Below are positions 57,761 through 64,000 of a stretch of DNA of 64,000 bases, piece after piece. The stretch is from positions 13,556 to 77,555 of the forward strand of contig JAUSHB010000010.1 in assembly GCA_030648955.1 (NCBI GenBank), in the 5' to 3' direction. The DNA comes from a bacterium (GTDB taxonomy: Bacteria > Patescibacteriota > Minisyncoccia > Phycocordibacterales > JAUSHB01). Positions within the stretch are counted from its first letter, which is position 1. Every line of letters starts with the position of its first letter. The translations under genes and the position numbers were made by a program. Below the pieces are notes generated by a model, which was given only the letters and a program-made list of their open reading frames with translations, was not told the DNA's origin and made no database searches.

Positions 57761-58084
57761 TTAAAAAATGATTATATGACCAAGCCAAATAAGAATAAAA
57801 AAGATATTAATAGAAAACGCAATAAAGCTAGCGATGACAAGCAAGGCATTAGGAGCATGTTCTCCTTTTTCTTGCTTTTCTTTTAAGGACTGCTGGCTAA
57901 ACATTGAAAGAATACCCACCGAAAAAGTAACAAAAATGATTACAACACTAATAGAAATTATTCCTACCCCGGAACATATATGATATTTGTAATTAATCAC
58001 CTCACAAAATGCCACCATAAAACCGAGAATAATCGATGTAATTACCACAAGGTGGTTTATATCTATATTTATTTTTTTCATCAT
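57761..58084 (-). CDS. small hydrophobic protein encoded on the low-GC insert
   Basis: 107 aa with 3 TM segments. Very AT-rich compared with the flanking copA. Confidence 0.4.
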   Translation of the reverse strand: MMKKINIDINHLVVITSIILGFMVAFCEVINYKYHICSGVGIISISVVIIFVTFSVGILSMFSQQSLKEKQEKGEHAPNALLVIASFIAFSINIFFILIWLGHIIIF

Positions 58085-58122
58085 AAAGTTTAATCGCGTT
58101 AGATGTTATAGAATTTGAATAA

Positions 58123-60468
58123 TTACTTAACGCCCTTCTCAATCGGCGGGACATAACGCTTGAGGAGGAGGGAGTTGAGAACGACTGATACTGATGAGAA
58201 TGCCATGGCGAATCCCGCGATTTCTGGGCGGAGCGTTGCTTGCGAGAGGCTCAAGAAATATGTTCCGAATCTTCCCAAGTTTTCACTCATCACAATCACC
58301 CAAGCCGCGGGGACGCCACCCACGAACGCAGTCTTTGTTATCAGGAGATGAATTCCTCCGGCGACTGGAATAGCAATAACGTTATAAAAGAACGCCCAGA
58401 AAAGATTCTGCCAAACTTTCTTAATTGTTTTTCCGGAAAGTTGGATCGCGGTCACCACGTCGCGAAGATCGTCTTTCACGAGCACGATTTCGCCCGTTTC
58501 AATAGCGACATCAGTTCCCGAACCGATTGCAATACCGACATCCGCTTGCGCAAGCGCAGGCGAGTCATTAATACCGTCTCCCACCATCGCGACAGTTTTT
58601 CCTTCTGCCTGAAGCTGTTTAACCATTTTTGCTTTATCTTGCGGCAACACTTCCGCCATCACCCGATCGATGCCGACTTCACGTCCGATCGCTTCTGCTG
58701 TTTTTTTATTATCGCCAGTAATCATCACGATCTCTTTGCCCATTTTTTTCAATTCCGCGATAGCTTCTTTTGCAAATGGCTTCAATGTGTCCGCCATTGC
58801 GATCATCGCGGTAGGAATTCCATCGACTGCCATAAACACAACTGTTTTTGCTTCGCCCTGCAATGTATCAACCTTATCTTGGTATAAAGCAATATCAATA
58901 CCGAGGTTTTTCATATACGCAGGATTTCCAATTTCAACTTTCTTATCGCTTCCCTTATCAAAAACCATCCCATACACGCCGTATCCAGAAATAGCTTTAA
59001 AATCTTTCGGCGATACGAGTTCCCCTTGCGCTTTTCCTTTCTCAATGACTGCGCGGGCAAGAGGATGTTCGGATCCTTGTTCTACGGACGCCGCGAGGAA
59101 TACTGCTTCCCCCTCATCAACTTGGGCTAATGGAAGCATGAGAAAATTTGTTACCACTGGCTTTCCTATTGTAAGTGTTCCCGTTTTATCAAACACAATC
59201 GCCGTAACCTTGTATGCTTTTTCAAGCGCTTCGCCGCCCTTCAAAATAATTCCATATTTTGCCGCACGTCCGATTCCCACCACGAGCGCTGTCGGTGTCG
59301 CAAGACCCATGGCGCACGGGCACGAGATCACGAGCACTGCAATCGTCGTCATGAGCGCCGCCCTAAACGGCAGCTCCGCAATGAAATACCAGCCGACAAA
59401 AACCAATATCGAAAGAACCACCACGGCAGGCACGAAGTATTCGCTGATTTTATCCACAAGATCCTGAATGGGGGCGCGAGATGCCTGTGCTTCTTCAACC
59501 ATTCTGACAATTTGAGATAAAAGCGTGTTTTTCCCGACTTTGGTCGCTTTGAACCTAATAAGTCCTTCTTGGTTTATGGTGGCGCCGATTACTTCTTCTC
59601 CGACACCCTTGCCAACCGGAAATGATTCTCCTGTTACTACCTTTTCATCAATATGAGTCCTCCCTTCAACAATAATGCCGTCCACGGGGATTTTCTCTCC
59701 CGGACGCACCACAACAATATCTCCCTCTTTAATTTCATTGATGGGAACCGTCATTTCCTTTCCATCGCGCACCACATGAGCTTCTTTTGCTTCAAGCTTA
59801 AGAAGTTCTTTGATAGCGTTTGACGCTCTCCCGCGCGCGAGCACTTCAATGTATCTGCCGAGAAGAATAAACACGAGAAGCGCAGCAGAGCTTTCCCAAA
59901 ATGGATGGCTTATATTAAACCAAAGGAATCCGATCATACTATAAAAATATGCGGCGGAAGTTCCGAGGACTACGAGCACATCCATATTTGCCGATCCGAC
60001 ACGAATCGCCGTGAATGCATTCCTATAAAATGACCAGCAAATAACAAATTGAATGGGCGTTGAAAGTATCCAGTAGAAGTAATTGAGATCGATCCCCCAG
60101 AGCTGATGCACGTGCTGGAGATTGAACATATGAACCGCCATGTAATACACAACAATGGGAGCGGCCAAAATAAATGCCGCGATCACGCGGTTTCGCGCCT
60201 GTTTGATCTGTTTTGCTTCTTTTTGTTCTTCTTCTTCGATCGTTGCGCTCTCTTCATCGGGACGAATCACATCATATCCGAGCTTATTGACAAACGCGTC
60301 AATTGTTTCGAGAGAAATTTTTGATTCATCAAACTCAATCGCTGTTTTTGCCGAGCCATAATTTGTTTTTACGCTCGTGACACCCGGCTGCTTGCCAACC
60401 AACTTGTCGATGAGAATCGAACACGATGCGCAATGCATTCCTTTTACTTTGAGTACTAGTTTTGCCAT
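58123..60468 (-). CDS. copA: copper-translocating P1B-type ATPase
   Basis: N-terminal HMA (GMHCASCS), a CPC motif in the TM region (SCPCAMGLATP), DKTGTLT and GDGINDSPAL. Confidence 0.9.
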   Translation of the reverse strand: MAKLVLKVKGMHCASCSILIDKLVGKQPGVTSVKTNYGSAKTAIEFDESKISLETIDAFVNKLGYDVIRPDEESATIEEEEQKEAKQIKQARNRVIAAFILAAPIVVYYMAVHMFNLQHVHQLWGIDLNYFYWILSTPIQFVICWSFYRNAFTAIRVGSANMDVLVVLGTSAAYFYSMIGFLWFNISHPFWESSAALLVFILLGRYIEVLARGRASNAIKELLKLEAKEAHVVRDGKEMTVPINEIKEGDIVVVRPGEKIPVDGIIVEGRTHIDEKVVTGESFPVGKGVGEEVIGATINQEGLIRFKATKVGKNTLLSQIVRMVEEAQASRAPIQDLVDKISEYFVPAVVVLSILVFVGWYFIAELPFRAALMTTIAVLVISCPCAMGLATPTALVVGIGRAAKYGIILKGGEALEKAYKVTAIVFDKTGTLTIGKPVVTNFLMLPLAQVDEGEAVFLAASVEQGSEHPLARAVIEKGKAQGELVSPKDFKAISGYGVYGMVFDKGSDKKVEIGNPAYMKNLGIDIALYQDKVDTLQGEAKTVVFMAVDGIPTAMIAMADTLKPFAKEAIAELKKMGKEIVMITGDNKKTAEAIGREVGIDRVMAEVLPQDKAKMVKQLQAEGKTVAMVGDGINDSPALAQADVGIAIGSGTDVAIETGEIVLVKDDLRDVVTAIQLSGKTIKKVWQNLFWAFFYNVIAIPVAGGIHLLITKTAFVGGVPAAWVIVMSENLGRFGTYFLSLSQATLRPEIAGFAMAFSSVSVVLNSLLLKRYVPPIEKGVK

Positions 60469-60486
60469 ACATTATTTATTATTATA

Positions 60487-60918
60487 TTACCGTGTTTCCA
60501 TAAGAGATTTTATATGAAGCTTGCCCACCTGATCTATGTGGCCACGGGCATGCCCATTTACCTCCCCATCACCACATGGGACAGAGCAATAAAATGGAAA
60601 TTCGCCCGGTTGTGTCGCCACAAATTGAATGTTGATGGTTGAAAGTGCCGGAATTCTTTCTGAAACGCCAAACGCGTCGATAGCAATGCCGTGGTCATAA
60701 CTATCTTCGTTTACTATCTTCAACATAACTTTGTCGCCCTGATTGACGGTTATATCGTCGGGTTCAAATTTCCATTCGTCTTTCTTTGCGGTCAGAGTAA
60801 ATTCGCGGACAATCCCCGTATCAAGGGGTTTCCGTTCGTCTCCTGAAAAAAAACGAAATGCGACACCAGCGCCAATGAGCACGACGAGCACTATTCCTAA
60901 TGTAATGTATTTATTCAT
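60487..60918 (-). CDS. cupredoxin-like small secreted protein
   Basis: N-terminal TM/signal segment; C-terminal ...HGIAIDAFGV ... FYCSVPCGDGEVNGHARGH ... M has Cys/His spacing resembling CuA / cupredoxin copper sites. Confidence 0.5.
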   Translation of the reverse strand: MNKYITLGIVLVVLIGAGVAFRFFSGDERKPLDTGIVREFTLTAKKDEWKFEPDDITVNQGDKVMLKIVNEDSYDHGIAIDAFGVSERIPALSTINIQFVATQPGEFPFYCSVPCGDGEVNGHARGHIDQVGKLHIKSLMETR

Positions 60919-61103
60919 GGCTACAAAATCAAATTTTAAAAATCAAAAATTAAAGTCACAATGTAAAGATAAAAATTAAAACATTAACATGCGCCTGTTA
61001 AGTCTTATAATCCTCTTACGTTTATAATTCCGATTTTACCATTCATTACTTTTAAATTTTCAATTGTCATTTTGCATTTTGACATTTACATTTTTATTTT
61101 TTG
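60919..61103. repeat. AT-rich palindromic element (family copy iv)
   Basis: CAAAATCAAATTTTAAAAATCAAAAATTAAAGT ... TTTTGCATTTTGACATTTACATTTTTATTTTTTGTCATTTA. Confidence 0.5.
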
Positions 61104-63590
61104 TCATTTAACCTGCAAAAATCGATGCACCCCATAACTCAAAAGTGACATAAGAATGATCGAGCTAATAAAAAGTGTCCACCATCGTGCCTGCGGATCA
61201 ACCTTGTTTGTCGATGGCACGACTGGTTTATTGACCTCTTTTGCGACCTTCACATAAAATTCAGCGCGGATTGCTTCATCGGGCGCAAGGTTTGCATCTT
61301 TGGGTCTGAACTGCGCAAAAAGTTTATACACGCCTTCCGTGGGAAAGGTAACACTGAACGGGAGTTCCGATGATTCTAGGTGGGGTTCTTCCACTCCACC
61401 ATGCGCACGAGCTGTTTTTATAATTACTTCCGACAACTGGGATTCTTCTCCATCGATCATCCCGTGATGACCGTCTGAATCATCGTGTCCGGTATTGTCC
61501 GGAGTAATTTCACTACCCGGACTGGCTGCAGCGCCCGGATGAGTATGAACATACTCACTTAAATCATCTTTAACGAGCACAAGATGCATAGGTGCCCCGA
61601 GATAACTTTCAAGCTCCACGCCATTGCCATAGAGATTTTTTACCGCAAGACGAATCGTTTCTTCTCTACCCTTCACGAGCGGCGCGCCATGACTAAACGC
61701 AACTTGATAATCGCCTACCATCGTATTCGAGAGAAAATCAACAGACTGCTTTGTGGAGGATACGACACTTCCATCCTTTCCAAACACCGAAAGTTTCGTG
61801 TGACCGAATGTATAAGCAGTACCGCCCTGTTTTATATCAGACCAAATTTTATATGTTCCCCCCTCGGTGAATGTATAGAGAACCTCCCACGTTCCCGCTT
61901 TTGTTTTCTTCGGATGAAGATGGAAGAATTGCGTAAGATCGTCTCGCATACCGATGACATGAATATATTTCTCGTGCGATATTTCAAGATCGTCAACCGG
62001 CTTTCCGGACAGTTTTTCATTCACAAAAAATTGCAATTTCACCGGCACTCCCACACCCGGATTCTTTGGAGCGATACTATTAACCACAAGACCTTCGATA
62101 ATTTCTCCTTCTTCACGTAATTGCGCGCTCGCGGACATTATATGGTCGTTTCCCATCATCATATCCCCATCGGTCATCACGTGACCGCCCGCTGTTGCAT
62201 TTGAGTCTATGGAATTTCCGACATCATCGTGCCCGTGAGGCATGCTTTCATCAAGAATAACGGGAGTTTTTTGGTCGGCAGTTTGAGTATTGTCTTCTTC
62301 TCCCATTACATGCGAAGTATCATTGGCGTCGAGAACTGAGTTTCCTGTCGAATCGTGTCCGTGAGGCATATTCTCGTCAATCGTGACCCCCATATGTCCG
62401 CCTTCAAGCGCTTCGTGTTTAAGAAAATTATGCGGAAGTATGTAGATAAAAATAAGTGCCAACACTATGGTGAGGGTGGTGAAGAATTTTTCACGGGACA
62501 TTAAAAGACCGTGCTCCGCATCTTTTTCCTTGACTTGATTCGCCTCGGGAATCATACTGACACGATTCTTTTCCCTAAACCACCACCACCAAATAGGGAA
62601 TACCCACAAAAACACCAAGAACCAATTGCCGAGCCAGAGCGGGAGACCAAAAAGTCCTGTCCCCACTTCCATGCCATGGTCATGAGTTACCGCACTGCCA
62701 ATATTTTGCTTAACGATATTAAGAAGTGATTCTTCTTGGGTTAGCTTTTCAAGCCCTGTATGAATCCCGGAGTTCACCCACCAATCGTGACTGAAAAGTC
62801 CGAGAGTGAGGATAAATCCAGCGACAAAAACCATCGCCCAGCCAGTAATTCGTTCAACTTTATCCTTTCGCGCAATAATCCATGAAAGCCCGTTGACTCC
62901 CATAATACCAAGAAGTGCAAGGAAAATAAGGGGTAATACTCGCCCAATCGCATGAACAAGGAAAAGCATCCATCCGTAGAGAACGTCTCCACTTGAAGCG
63001 ATCTCAACCAAGATAAGTGGCGTTGCGGGATGTGGACATCCGATGCCGACATTACCCAAGAAAAGTCCGAGAAGAAGCGCCTTGAGATAATCTTGTTTCT
63101 TTTGAATGAACGCCGGAGCTGCGCCAGTATAGGTCGGCATTCGGAATTTCATAAGGCCGATTTCGCTCAATGCAAAGACAAGCGCGAACATTCCGGCAAT
63201 AAAGTACACCCAGTTTTTAATAGTTTCGGCGGCATCAGAGCCGAGCGCACCGATGGCAGCCTTTCCAAAAAGCGCGGCGGCAACTCCGTAAAGACTTAGG
63301 GTAATCGCTATACCAAGCCCGAATGAAAGCGCCATACCAAGACCTTTCACAATTCCACGTCCCATAGAGAGCGGCACAATGACAAACGCGAGCGGCAAGG
63401 TGCACGGCAACACAATCATGGAAAGCCCGGCCGCAAAACTGAAGATCCACCAGAATAGTCCGAGGTTATTCGGATCTCCTGCCACAACGGTTCCCTTATA
63501 CGAAAAAAGCCAAAATAGACCTAGTGCGATAACTGCGAACAATACAATAGCGAGAAAAATAACAATCTTCTTAGAAACTTTTGATTCCAT
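61104..63590 (-). CDS. DsbD/CcdA-like transmembrane thiol-disulfide transporter fused to His/Met-rich segments and two tandem beta-rich domains
   Basis: The TM domain has Cys in VLPCTLPLAFV and GCPHPATPL. The periplasmic part has two MPHGHD motifs, an M-M-M-G-N-D-H run, and two roughly 100-aa repeats each ending in ...DDL[TS][QE][FY]xHxHP. Confidence 0.6.
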   Translation of the reverse strand: MESKVSKKIVIFLAIVLFAVIALGLFWLFSYKGTVVAGDPNNLGLFWWIFSFAAGLSMIVLPCTLPLAFVIVPLSMGRGIVKGLGMALSFGLGIAITLSLYGVAAALFGKAAIGALGSDAAETIKNWVYFIAGMFALVFALSEIGLMKFRMPTYTGAAPAFIQKKQDYLKALLLGLFLGNVGIGCPHPATPLILVEIASSGDVLYGWMLFLVHAIGRVLPLIFLALLGIMGVNGLSWIIARKDKVERITGWAMVFVAGFILTLGLFSHDWWVNSGIHTGLEKLTQEESLLNIVKQNIGSAVTHDHGMEVGTGLFGLPLWLGNWFLVFLWVFPIWWWWFREKNRVSMIPEANQVKEKDAEHGLLMSREKFFTTLTIVLALIFIYILPHNFLKHEALEGGHMGVTIDENMPHGHDSTGNSVLDANDTSHVMGEEDNTQTADQKTPVILDESMPHGHDDVGNSIDSNATAGGHVMTDGDMMMGNDHIMSASAQLREEGEIIEGLVVNSIAPKNPGVGVPVKLQFFVNEKLSGKPVDDLEISHEKYIHVIGMRDDLTQFFHLHPKKTKAGTWEVLYTFTEGGTYKIWSDIKQGGTAYTFGHTKLSVFGKDGSVVSSTKQSVDFLSNTMVGDYQVAFSHGAPLVKGREETIRLAVKNLYGNGVELESYLGAPMHLVLVKDDLSEYVHTHPGAAASPGSEITPDNTGHDDSDGHHGMIDGEESQLSEVIIKTARAHGGVEEPHLESSELPFSVTFPTEGVYKLFAQFRPKDANLAPDEAIRAEFYVKVAKEVNKPVVPSTNKVDPQARWWTLFISSIILMSLLSYGVHRFLQVK

Positions 63591-63598
63591 AAAATAAA

Positions 63599-63862
63599 TT
63601 ATTTTGAAAGTTCTGTGATGTACGTAATAAATTTTTCTTTATCAAACCCTCCTGTCGCCCATAATTCCCCGTTTATGATAATCCCTGGTGAAGCAAATAT
63701 CATATATTTCTGCGCAATCTCTTGCCCTTCTGAATCCATGATACTTACATTTTTGTAAGAAACGTTAGGCCAGTCTTTCTCCACTGAATGCCAAAATTCC
63801 TCAAATGCCTTGCAGTTGTGACAACCCGGCGATGATAATTCCTCAAGAGTGATTGGTTTCAT
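63599..63862 (-). CDS. thioredoxin-fold protein (CxxC)
   Basis: SPGCHNCKAFEEFW, 87 aa. It sits upstream of the DsbD-like gene, an arrangement like ScsB/ScsC or CcdA/ResA modules. Confidence 0.7.
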   Translation of the reverse strand: MKPITLEELSSPGCHNCKAFEEFWHSVEKDWPNVSYKNVSIMDSEGQEIAQKYMIFASPGIIINGELWATGGFDKEKFITYITELSK

Positions 63863-64000
63863 TATGTAGTGCGAAAATCAAACTCGCCGGTTTTTTAAAA
63901 CATTTAAAGATATCACGTGGGTACAACAATAGTATATCAATTAAACAGAAGCTTAAGAAATAAAGTTATCCACAAAGTGCCTACCTGCACCCAACCATAC

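Noticed and set aside
58240-59467. Long plus-strand ORFs (215 and 265 aa) antisense to copA
   Set aside because: copA has complete P-type ATPase motifs on the minus strand. The plus-strand frames lack any motif and are Ser/Cys/His-rich shadow ORFs.
1-64000. CRISPR array, tRNA/rRNA genes, reverse transcriptase (retron/DGR), phage structural genes
   Set aside because: No regularly spaced direct repeats of 24-40 bp with unique spacers. No GTTCGAATC/T-loop-like tRNA signatures in the intergenic regions checked. No YxDD reverse-transcriptase motif in any ORF. No capsid or terminase-like ORFs.

Overview
The window is low-GC (about 38-40%), gene-dense bacterial DNA with short genes and almost everything on the minus strand. 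Gene content fits a small-genome, Patescibacteria/CPR-like organism; that attribution is inference. The conserved core is clear from the translations. It comprises the dnaK-dnaJ-grpE cluster and a ribosomal block infA-rpmJ-rpsM-rpsK-rpsD-rpoA-rplQ followed by rplM-rpsI. It also includes alaS, leuS, mnmA, mltG, ychF, plsC, dgkA, an ABC-F ATPase, a prolyl oligopeptidase and a KBL/AONS-family PLP enzyme.

Several accessory regions surround that core.
- 1.2-3.1 kb: a methyltransferase gene flanked by 157-bp near-identical direct repeats. The repeats carry the 3' ends of two paralogous small Cys-motif genes, and a relic of the kbl 3' end lies nearby.
- 4.2-10.9 kb: six copies of a roughly 50-bp promoter/operator-like repeat sit in front of small accessory genes. 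These include an NYN nuclease, an alpha/beta hydrolase, a DUF397-like protein, a YafQ/RelE-ParD toxin-antitoxin pair and an RHH protein coupled to the peptidase.
- 13.6-15.4 kb: an ABC exporter gene is split by a 19-bp tandem duplication.
- 21-25 kb: a 1309-aa beta-helix plus lipase-like surface protein.
- 38.8 kb: an ATP-cone protein fused to an Mrr-like nuclease domain.
- 45.3-49.3 kb: two rve-type DDE transposase insertion sequences with shared subterminal repeats bracket a small secreted peptide and a membrane protein.
- 57.3-63.9 kb: a copper / thiol-disulfide island with CopZ, CopA, a cupredoxin-like protein, a DsbD/ScsB-like membrane protein with tandem His/Met-rich domains, and a thioredoxin. 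Immediately downstream of copA's stop codon a low-GC insertion is bounded by 24-bp direct repeats.

No CRISPR array, tRNA, rRNA or reverse transcriptase was recognised.

The most distinctive candidate systems are:
- the promoter-repeat regulon in 4.2-10.9 kb;
- the ATP-cone/Mrr nuclease;
- the insertion-sequence-bracketed peptide cassette;
- the two repeat-bounded insertions at the methyltransferase and copA.
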